Shown here piece after piece: positions 25,291 through 36,780 of a stretch of DNA of 64,000 nucleotides. Numbering within the stretch: position 1 is the first letter of the stretch; each line of letters begins with the position of its first letter. The stretch covers positions 78,926,001 to 78,990,000 of the forward strand of contig OZ260663.1 in NCBI GenBank assembly GCA_965285935.1, read 5' to 3'. The translations under genes were made by a program, and so were the position numbers. Under the pieces are notes generated by a model. It was not told where the DNA came from. It did no database searches and worked only from the letters and a program-made list of their open reading frames with translations. The DNA comes from Ophelia neglecta. Taxonomy: Eukaryota.

Positions 25291-28240
25291 ATACAATTAA
25301 AATGTAAACCTGCCTTTGTAGCGGCTTGGACTGTACGTTATATTTATGATTCAGCAAGGATACAAAGTTACAAACCATACATGCCGAGCTCAAACATGGT
25401 GTTATCATTATACTGATTCAAATAGACAACTTTCAATTATAGACACGTTTAAAAGCCACGGCGCAACGGAGATACGCCATGTGCAAGAATCTTTTGAAGG
25501 GAGGCCGCTATGCTTAAAATATTATGTACATTCGTTATTTCGAACATAGGCCTACTGCATGAACACTGGTTTAACGTCAACAATTATTAAATCTACACAT
25601 ACAACACCATTTTTTTTTAGAATCAATCGTAACAATATAATATTAAAATTAAACAAAGAACCAGGTTGATAAAAAGTCCAGACATTCATAAGGAAAGAAG
25701 TTGAATAATATATGGTGTCGCCGAGTCTTGACGTCACAATTTAGCATGTGGAAAACCGAAGAGGTGGACTTTCACTAAATAGTAGGTTTAAAAATTATAT
25801 TAGGCCTATAATCTGTGTTATTGTGCGGCAAGACGCAAAATAACACAGAATGACTCACTGACCCCTGAACAACATTTTATACGCGAGCCCTTTATTTGTG
25901 GGTTTCGCGTTAATGTATGTAGAGTCTGAACATCAAGGACAGAACTGATTTAAACAGTGCCATGTGTCAGTCGATCCTATTTTAGTCCAGTTCACAATAT
26001 TTTTTTTATGAATTTCCTGTTACAACACACTCATAAGCCATTCTGATACTCGTGTACGGACCCGTAATCCGTATACGTGCCTTTTTATTGCACGCCCCAT
26101 TTCCTAACGTCCACGCGCCCAGTTATTGGTGTAATTGTTGCTTTTATAAAACACATACGAAGTCTGAGCAGTTAACACATCTCCGAATGGCCATTGGGTC
26201 TAGTTGCCACGACGCCTCAGTACCATGCACACTGTTCCTGTTTTTAGAACATATCTGATATAAAGTTCCAGTGGTAGAAGGTAGCATTTACTCCAGATCA
26301 GCTGACTTAAATCGATGTTTGCGCCTAACAAATTTAACGCAATTAAAAATATTTCAAGCTCTCCTAGTTTTCATTGACTGATTCAGCCAATAGCTGTATG
26401 CGATATACATGTATATACTAATCAAATTAAGGACGCCCATGCACGTTTTATACCCCTAGCCCAAAGCTGACAGGCAAGCAGCTGCAAGAAGCATGTTGTA
26501 TTTCAATGTAGATTTTATTAAATTAAAGAACCTTGCATAGAACGTAATGGTAAAATATATATACCAGGGTCAAGGAGTATACGCTGCCCGGAATAAGCAC
26601 AGTGCTTTCACTCCGATAAGATTTATTCAGCCAATGCTAACAATATATAATTCATACGAATATGCATTCGAATTTACATGCCCTCCGATTGGCTTGTGTA
26701 AATACTAGTACTATGGACAGAAGTGCAAACGATTTGAATTTTTTTATCTAAAAAGGAGGAAACGGAAGTATTATATCAGTGTAACAGACAACATGGCGCA
26801 TGCTATGAGAAGTGGCACAAGCGCTCGCTCCGTAAACCCTGACATGGAGATCTCAGAAGGGGTAACATTCCAATGAGTGCAATCAAAATGCGCTCGCATA
26901 TATCTTATCAGAAAAATGGCTCAGAGCAGCAAGGATCATGGCTGGCCTAATCGTACGCCGCTTAGATATATGTAAAGCAACCATAGGTAAGTAGCAAAAA
27001 ATTGACTCCTTCCAACATGCCACCGTCAATGTACGCACGCGACGTGCAGGTAAATCCACTGACTCTCCAATAAGCATCACAGAGCACATACGCCGGCCAG
27101 TGTCCCAGAGTTTTATCGTATCTAATCAGAGTTTTGGGTTCGTTTCTAGGAGCGTAAAAATATATTGCGGGCTGCCTGCTTTCTTGAGAACAGAACAAGG
27201 AAATTAATCAAGTCATAACTTGGTTTATAATTCGACTTATCAGCAATTTGAGTGTCGATTCCGGTTGTCTTTGTGTAATGCAGCTCAGACTTTTTCAGAT
27301 AGGAAAACAATGAGCATTTACGATTTAGTACATGTTTGCTGGAGGCTTGCGTATGGTAGACGGAAAAACCATTTTGCCAGATAATTACTTTTCCAAAATA
27401 AGTCCAAACTCCATTCACTGGGGCATGTGGGCATTATGTTCCATCTCTACATTTATACATTTTATTTTTAAATATATAATCATCCAAATGAAAACGAAAA
27501 TGCGCTGTACAACATACAACGGTTGATTCAGCGGCAATGAAAACCCATGGAGAGCAAATCAAAGATGACGTTTCAAATTTAATGGACAATAACGCTGAAC
27601 CCGGTCAGTAGGACTTTGTAATATTTGCCTAAAATGTGGTGTTCCTAATCCGTTAATGAGGGAGCGCTACAGTTCCTTTGCGCATGCTCTTTATGTCATT
27701 ACTGCATGGTAGTGATCGTCTGCTGATTGTAGCTCTTTGTACAAAGCAGCGCACGCGCGCACTTTGTATTGTTTATATTTTCGAGAAGTCCCAGCTGGGC
27801 CCAGTCTGCTGAAGAGTGGTAGTCGACTTCATGCCCCTGGGCCGGCCCTTTCTTTAATTAATTGATATAAATAAATAAAAAAATGATAATACGCATGGTC
27901 GTATCAATTTCGCGAAAAAATAAGTATCATTTTCACTACTTTGCATGTCCGCGAGAACCTGAATAAATGGTGTTTTTATTTCAATAAGACTTGGCGAAAT
28001 TTGAAAAAAAAGAGGATTATTTCGGCCTGATTCTAACAGGTATAATTGGTGTTCAGAAGTAGTAAATGGTTGTTTTCATAATGTTCTCTTCTCTGTTTAA
28101 GGCACCTTGTCAAAGGAACCATAAAGTAATTACTTTCCTTAGGCCGTTCCTAAAAACAGGACTTTAAAGAAGTCAGTTTTTTTTAAAAATGGTGATTAGT
28201 ACTAAAGTATGCTATGTTAAGATTAGGCTCAAAATGCGTG

Positions 28241-28953
28241 GTGACTGTTGTGCGGTGACTGCTGTGCGATGACTGCTGTGCGGTGGCTGCTGTACGATGA
28301 TTGCTGTGCGGTGACTGCTGTGCGGTGACTGCTGTGCGATGACTGCTGTGCGATGACTGCTGTGCAATTACTGCTGTGCGATGATTGCTGTGCGATGATT
28401 GCTGTGCGGTGACTGCTGTGCGATTATTGCTGTGTGATGACCGCTGTGCGATGACTGCTGTGCGGTGACTGCTGTACGGTGACTGCTGTGCGGTGGCTGC
28501 TGTACGGTGACATCGGTGCGGTGGCTGCTGTGCGGTGACTGCTGTGCGGTGACTGCTGTGCGGTGGCTGCTGTACGGTGACATCGGTGCGGTGGCTGCTG
28601 TGCGGTGACTGCTGTGCGGTGACTGCTGTACGGTGACTACTGTGCGATGACTGCTGTGCGATGATTGCTGTGCGGTGACTGCTGTGCGGTGACTGCTGTG
28701 CGATGACTGCTGTGCGGTGACAGCGGTGCGGTGGCTGCTGTGCGGTGGCTGCTGTGCGGTGACTGCTGTACGGTGGCTGCTGTACGGTGGCTGATGTGCG
28801 GTGACTGCTGTACGGTGGCTGCTGTGCGGTGGTTGCTGTGCGGTGACTGCTGTGCGGTGACTGCGGTGCGGTGACTGCTGTGCGGACGCTGCTGTGGGGT
28901 GAATGCTGTGCGGTGGCTGCTGTGCGGGGGCTTCTGTGCGGTGGCTGCTGTAC
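28241..28953. repeat. 14-bp minisatellite, ~51 copies (consensus GTGACTGCTGTGCG)
   Basis: Directly visible tandem array with variant units GTGGCT/ATGACT/ATGATT/GTGACATCG; it generates the spurious ORFs at 28183, 28368 and 28637. Confidence 0.95.
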
Positions 28954-31381
28954 TACCCCTAGAAATTGGTGGGTGTGCTCCACCCAAGGGCCAGAAAAAG
29001 AGCTGAACCCGTAGACAAAAAGCGACCAAGAGAGATTTTCGTTTGCCTAAAATAGCAGTTTGCTCGAAAATAAGGCTTAAAAAGAGTCCTTTGCTCGAAA
29101 ACAAGGTTAAAAGAGAGCGGGTTTCTCAAGGCCCGGGTCTAAAAGAACAAACCTATAGCTTCAAAAACGGGGCACAAAAGGGCGGAGCCTATATCTATAT
29201 GGCAGTGCATGTGGAGTACCCCCCCCCCTTGGGAGTGACGGGTTAACTATTCCCTCGAACTTTAGTTGGCCTAGTTCCGTAGGACAATGTCCGTACATTT
29301 GTTAACTATTTGGTATTTAATCTGTATAGTACTGTAGATCTAGGCCTAACAGTAAAAATGTTGGCGTGAGATTAAATGCGCCAGTTTCGCAAAAAAAAAA
29401 CCCGGTCGCAAAATTTAAACTAGCGAATATCTCATTCGCCAGTTAATATAGAGGCTACACATCTCTATAGCCATGAAATTAAAAAAACATAGGGTATCTT
29501 TTTTCTTTCAAAGCGCGAATAGATCTACCATTCATGCATGGAGCTTTCTGTTTATAAATCTGAAGTTGCCTCATCAGCTAGCCCGGAACCTCATGTTTGA
29601 GATAAAATACTTCGGTTGATTACTCTCAAGTTTGGCCATAATTCGGCCAGGGGATTTCGCAAGCAATTTATTCTTCTTTGATCATGGTCAATGGTCAGCG
29701 ATGAATATTGGGATTCCATATAGGCCTAGCCGGATGCTATAGTGAATGTGCCTCGCAATATGGATTATTACGGCAAGCAAGCGCTGAGGGAATCGCCTAA
29801 GATAACTTAAATGTGTCTTATGATGTCGTCTGCCGTAAACCGGTAAAGAATCAACCCGGTCGTCGAGCCTCTTGAAGCGTTTCCCACCGTTTCCAAAGAT
29901 CGGCGTACAGAGATTACCGCGGGAAAACTCGGATGTATTATTTACGAGACAAACGGCGGATACCTAGGCTCTTTATGTCGGCGGCGGCAGGCGCTAGATC
30001 GCCTATAATGATTAATCGTCTTTCCCGGCGCGCGCTTTCACCAGCAAGCATTGATTTCTGCCCAGTCCAGGTCCTGGGCTCAGTCCACGCATACTGCGGA
30101 TGGATCTAACAGCACGCCGGTGTAACATAACAAAGTATACACATGACCGTTCAGTAATATGATCGTCGGCGCAAAGAAACATTAAGCCGTTAGCTTTAAG
30201 CGAGCGTAAATATAGGGCGGGAAACTCGATGCGGGAAGTATTTATATAATAGAGCTATATATATATAGACACATATATTGAGTCCTAGTATTAAAAATTG
30301 TAAACGCGAAAAGGGTCTTCATTTGTTCATGCCTGATATGTTTACAGTTGGTGTAAATGCCTTCAAGGCCTATTAGATCTTAATATCCGGAGGAGGGGGG
30401 GGGGGGGGCTGTAGTCTGCGGTCTGCGGTGTACGCCTGCTTTGTAATTAGAACCGGGAGGTTTTATCTTTAAAAATGAACTTCCGTTATTATTGTCAATC
30501 TATAGCTTTAAGATCTAGGCCTAAAGTGTGTTTCATTGGTAATAAAAACAGGCTGGCGCAACAATAAAAAACCTTTATCAACACAATTGTGGATTATAAA
30601 CATGTTATATAGGTATTAAGATCTAGTAGGCCTATAGGGCATTTAGACCAATATGATATAATTGGCCTCCACTTCCAGTAAATGTTCCCTAGTGGTTAAT
30701 TTCCATTTTACTGCTCGCATCTGGTGGATATACAAGACAAGAGGGCAGGGACCATGGATTAGTCTTCTATACTACTGACATTGTGCTCAAGCGATTTCGA
30801 GTGTCTTTTCCAGACTGGTCCCAATACAAAAAACTAGACAAAAATGAATGAATAGTTTCAAAGCTTTTTACACGGCCTTTTGTAGTGTAGGGCCACAGGT
30901 CAACAGAAGTCATCAGGAAACGGTATTTTAATGGCAGAATTATTCTAACAAAAGGCAAAAACTAATAAATCGTCAGGATTCAACTGAACCATGTCTGTTA
31001 GATCACAGTGTAGTAAAAAGTATACTGAGCATATGTTATATAACTTATTAAAAGCTTCAATTGGGATGAGTGTTGCAATATACAAATAACACTATGTCAT
31101 ATTATCAAGGCAGTCAAACTTAATGATGCAATAAAATATAAACCAAATGGCATTGAATTTTTACATTTATTGGTAACTGCAAAATAAGCAATGAATAAGA
31201 CATGTACAACTAAAATATCTTAATTATATCATGAGCATGGAAATAGTACAAAGGGGAATGTTATTCAAATTACAAGCAGAATAAATAATATGACAATAAC
31301 AAATATGTAGACAATAGTTTCTAAGATGGCAGATTGAAAATCTACCAAAATTTTAAGCTTTGTCTCTTGCCAGTAGAAAAT

Positions 31382-34300
31382 CTACCAAAATTTTAATGTA
31401 ATGTTCTTAATATGTAATACACTGGCTATGACTGATAAGGTTAACATGTAAAGAGTCATCACCAAAAAAGCCCACATGTCTTTTACATACAATGTATCAA
31501 TAGTAAAATTGACTAAACCAGTAAGTATATTAGCCAGTAGAAAATAGAAAAGTCCATTTTGGTTGACAGCTTCCAGCAGACAAAATGTGGGATGTGGTTT
31601 TCTAGGTATAAGATCTGGAAAATAGAGAAAGCATATGTATGTATAAAAATTGGTGCTTCAAACAATTGCAGAAAATTTACTCAGTCATATTGGTTAACTA
31701 ATTAGAACAGGATGCAAGTCTTAAAGATTTTAAACAATTATATCTATTGACCTTTACATAATAACCCCACATGCTTGGCCAGTGTACAGAACAAGTCCAC
31801 AGCCAAAAACATAGGAATCAACTGTAAGTTGTAAGCCATCTGAAAGTATACGAAGAACTGTGTCAGATTATAACTGTATCATAGTTTCCCAGTTAAATAT
31901 AATTTAAATTAAGTCAAGCTTGAGTAGTTTATAATAAATTTTAGACTGGATAAAAAAAAGGATTTATAGTTTAATTTAAAACAATTGTTCAAGAAAAGGA
32001 AAGAAAGAAACTTTTAACATGCAAAAAAGGAGTCCTTATAATGTATTGTCCTTTTGGAATTTTAATATTACACCCTTTCTCTCATTCAAAATCAAAGCCA
32101 ATCAAATAAACACAGTTTTTCATAGGTCAGTAAAAATTACTTGGCAGGTTTTAATATATAAATACATACCATCCACAAAACAAAAGGTAAATTGGCCAAT
32201 CGCCTGGAGACTTGCTCAATGTGCAGCTCGCTATAGTAGAGTAATATCCAAAATACAACGTCTAACACAGTCAATATCCCCAAGGTTTTGAGCCATTCAG
32301 AATATCTGGATCTAAATAAGTCGAAGAAATAATTTGTATTATAATGCTTTGAACCAATTTGAATAAATTCATAGAAAAGTATCATTTTGATTAGCTAATA
32401 GAGGGGTGGTAAGGGCTTTCTTTTTCCACTGAGATTAGCCTTTTATATAGAACAAGACATGGGATTTATATCCTGAATACACTGGGGCTCTGGGATAGAC
32501 CTTTGTCGATTTTTGGATTTTTTGTTGTATTTGCTGGGAACCACAGGGATTTTTTCTTACATTTTCTGTCATGAGGGATTCTTTGTTTTAATCTTTTGGG
32601 ATGCTGGGGCAAGAAATAGCTTCTTCACTATTAAATGAAAATCAAGAATTCAAACGCTGTGATTCAGGATTTGGCTAGTTGTTAAAAAGTGATTTGGGAA
32701 TTGGGACTGCCCAACCCAGCCACATAAAAGTAATGGAATTCTCCTATCCTCACCTTGGTTTTAGAATGAACTGTCCAAGTTGTACTCCAGCAAAGTAGAT
32801 AGACAAATAGCCCAGGCATGAGAATATTCCCTCCCTGTTTGCTTCCCACAAACCATTTCTGGATCCCTCGCCATCACTGCCAAACAACACATACTCCTCG
32901 TAGTTCAGGTTGCTAAGCATATACTGATAACCTGCTCCGATGACAAAGCTTAACAGCCAAGACCATTTGGGATCTGCAAGGCAGAGGACTATTGTGGAGA
33001 GAATCTGCAAAAAATGGGAAAACAGACATATAGGTGAGGAGCAAGGAATTGAACCCTGACGAATCTTGGTAAACCCCAAATGCATTTTTTTTATGAAATG
33101 CCCTTAATTTTGACATTATGACAGAATACTTTGCTGGCTTTTATGATGATTTGTCAATTAACAATTAACTCCTATTATGCCTTTTTTTATTTTGTCTAAT
33201 AATATAACATTATTCCTCTAATTATTCATACAGTTCTATTAATTCACACACTCCAGTTTGCCATAATCTTAATTTAACCTTAAATTATTAATACACCAAC
33301 ATGGTAACCTATTATGGAGACTCTGAAATGCTAGTAAACATAATAATAAATTTAGTTTTGCCTCTAATTATTCATACTTCTCAAATTTGAAACAGTTGTA
33401 GGTGTCTTAAATATTAGAGGAATTACAGCCTACAGTGGAACCCCTCATGAATGACCACCATACAAGTGGTCTTATAAGGGGGGTGGTCTCTCATCAGGGG
33501 TTCAACTACATGGCAGGTATAGCAAACTGTTGTGCAATAAAGGTTATTTTGGCCATTTTTAGGCGGTCTTTCATCAGGGGTTCCACTGTATTTTCTTTCA
33601 CTGGTTTGCCCAATGGTTGTCAGGCATTAATCAGCATTAATTAAAAATTAGTAATCAATGTTAATTCAGTGCACTACTAGATACTCTAGGAAGAGTCTCT
33701 TTATGAACACCATTCTTCTAAATCTACATATGCAATTGTATAAGATGACACAGCCAACAAATGTTAGTTATGATTTTTACATGTTTGAAGTAGGCTAGAG
33801 TTCGTAACTGGTCAGTGGCGAACAGTCTTGTTGCAAACGTGCTGCATGGCGAAATGTTCTACACCCCTAACAGGGCTTCCCCTTCACTATCTTCAGCAAG
33901 CAATTTTGCAGACAGCACCGCGAGAAAAGACCGTTCTGATTACGAGAAGCATGTAATAGTTATTTATGCCAGGAACAGTACATATTTTGTAATTACAACT
34001 CTGGCTGCATCCTGCAGCACCTGGAGATTCTTTATGTATGAATGAGCCCAGCACAGCTGAGGTGATAGGGGCCGCATACATGTAATTATTATATTTTTTT
34101 CCCGGTGGTAGTGTTTCATACTTTGTCCACTGGGTATTTAATAGATACAATCACCCCTCGCCCTACTATGGAATAAATGTGTTTTATTTTTTTCGATATT
34201 TTCTGAGTAGTCAGCGATTTAAACAAAATTTTCTACATATATCTTTGACAAGTCAGTGCATCCAAGTCCACTAGTAACTGAAGTTTTTCATGTTCATTTA

Positions 34301-36478
34301 CTGCACTCTGTGGCAAATATGCAAAAAGCCACAATGACAATGTACTGTGGTTTGAAAAACCTAGTTATATTTTAATCTTTAATCTCTGGCTCCAAAGAAA
34401 CACAAATCTTAGCTGCTATATATAGTAGCTATCTAGTTGCTAGCACTTTCAATTGTCATCATTAGAGAGTTTTGGGCCAAATCTCAGTCTTGTATGACCT
34501 AAATGCGAAAAGCACAGATACTTTAGATGGCTATCATGTTATATACTACCCATCCTAGGGACTGATGATAAAATAAAAGGGTTTAATCGTCCAGCACTAT
34601 GTTATATAAGAAAAGCTGCTACCAATGCTTACCCTTACAACTGCCAAAGTGAAGAAAAAATTCCAGTGGACACCATACTCGGAAACATGCTCTTGATAAT
34701 CTGTGCTTTTGACAGCTGCCATTCTAGCAAATCCCAGAATCCACAAAGGCATTGTCGATGAAATCGACTTAAACACTGCTATCATTTTGGAGCTAAAACA
34801 TCTGGAGGTGAAAGACTGCAGTAAAATATCACCATAAGCCTTGGGAAATTACATTTTTACCAAATACCTGTTGTTTTTAGTTTAGATTGAGCTACATATC
34901 TAAAAAAAAATTACATTTATATGACCTTGTATACCTGTAGTGACAAATTCTTTACTGTCACAAGATATGAATTCTGCATTTCAGAAATGGCACAAAATCC
35001 TTTTATTTAGATAATCTATGATAATTAAAAGCACAAAATTTATGCCAAACAAATGATGTAAATATTGCAGTCATTGTGAACAATTTTGATGACCAAAAAT
35101 CATACTCTGTTTACTGTAAAAGTTTCCTCAATTTTTCTTTGAACAATTTCACAAATTAAAGTGTCCTTAACAACATGTACAGTGAATCATTTTTGTTCAG
35201 TATCTTAGTTTTAACTCATTTCATTCTTCTGGGATTCTCTCATAGCTGTCCCTTATCAAGAGATGTCCCCAATGTAAACTATAAAACTGATTTTACAAAC
35301 TAAAAATTCCCATGGGACTGTATAGTTAAGTTCATGAATATGTACCTTGTCTGTTCATGTTTTCCTCTGGCTTCAGGGGACACAATGGCATTGGAAATAA
35401 CAAATGCACCAACACCCACATCCATCAAACCAGTGCCAAATGTCTCGGCTTTAGCATATCTTCTCGGGAATATCACAAAATCTACAGCTAAAATTGATAT
35501 GGCAGTGGCAATGTTCACATATGCTCTAAATGCAGAAATGAATGGTTGCTTTCCAGAGACTTCAATATTTTTTATACTTTTCCATGTTACTGGCTGGTCA
35601 TTTTGAAGTATTAGACTGGAGACCTTTTCACTAAAGAGCATCACAGCAAAAATAGTAAACCCAAGGGCTGAGTAAACTCCTTCTAAATGGGAAGACATCA
35701 CAGTGAAGCCACACAATACTGGCATGATGAGGAATAGAAAGTCAATAATAAATTTGTACCTGAAAAGAAATTAACAAACTTCTCAATCATGTTTTGGAGT
35801 CTTAAATAGTGGAATAAAGACAAATAATTGTTAAGCAGATTACCTATTGCCATTAGGCAAGTCTGCCATATATACTGGGTTCCAAATTACCCCCCCCCCC
35901 CCCCCCAACATTGACTTGTCCACCCGCAACATATTATCATATCCTTATGAGCCACTCCACTTCTGCTCGTTTCTTTCTAAACAAATGTCTTCCCCCCACT
36001 ATGGTCCAAAATGAAAGCTATGGGAAAAAACTCAGTTGTTCCTGGATGACCAATGAGAAAACAGCCTGCATGAGTATTCAAATTGCAAAAGTTTTCTTTG
36101 AAAACATACGTTTACACAATCTTATATTTAAATGAAGGGGGCACATAATATCGCTAGGGAGTGTGATCCATGCAAACATTGGTGCATGTACCCATGTAGG
36201 ACCCTGTAGGCTTACAGCCAGGCTGTAGTTTTATAACAGTTTAATAACAGCTCCCATTGAAATATTTACAGAACCTCTATTATCGCTTGAATATGTGTAA
36301 ACTAAATAACTTACCTCGGCGCCGGATGACGGCCTTTGTAAACCCATGACATAAAAACATTCTTCAGTAGTACACAGGCCGGTGCAATAGACACAACCAG
36401 TGCTATTTCCAACACTGAAGTGCCTTGATGGTTGCTCACAAATTTCTCTTTTAGATCTTTGTAGCTGTCAGACGACAT
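31382..36478 (-). CDS. PIGW: Phosphatidylinositol-glycan biosynthesis class W protein (GPI inositol acyltransferase, GWT1 family), ~486 aa
   Basis: Exons 36478-36315, 35759-35346, 34801-34633, 33004-32754, 32311-32170, 31839-31752, 31614-31382; all GT-AG and phase-compatible (1461 nt). Motifs [97 protein letters not shown]. Confidence 0.95.
33433..33588. mobile_element. MITE (TA TSD), family B, in PIGW intron 3
   Basis: TA-CAGTGGAACCCCT.ATGAA.GACC...GGTCTTTCATCAGGGGTTCCACTG-TA. Confidence 0.8.
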
Positions 36479-36780
36479 TTTCCCTTACCGATGTTGACAA
36501 ACCGAAAAAAGACAGCTTAACCGGAATTATTAAAGCCTGCAGGATTATCCTAAGTCTTTTTCGGGCACGTGTTACTTATACTGCCAGCATTAAACCAGAA
36601 AATGACAATGATTTCAGACCTAAATTCAATCAATTTCCCTGTTTCCTAGGACGCGTTCCTTCCTTATGGGCGCTGACATCTTGGTAATGAAAACACTACA
36701 ACGCATGCGCGCCGGCTGGAAAGTTCCTCTGGGAGACAGGTGCTCTGATTTGGGGTGAATTCACTCGAATTCTGCTAAAC
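36479..36780. promoter_or_regulatory. Bidirectional promoter region PIGW / REX1BD
   Basis: Only ~300 bp between divergent start codons; CpG-containing; NRF1-like CGCATGCGC at ~36702-36710. Confidence 0.6.

Noticed and set aside
29006-29015. AACCCGTAGA match to the miR-100 5' end; also TGGAATGTA (miR-1-like) near 470
   Set aside because: The matches end after 9-10 nt and no pre-miRNA hairpin is evident.
28183-29104. ORFs of 266, 71 and 155 aa rich in His/Thr/Gln/Ser
   Set aside because: They are translations of a 14-bp minisatellite (3 units = 14 aa) that is open in several frames; no splice or domain support.
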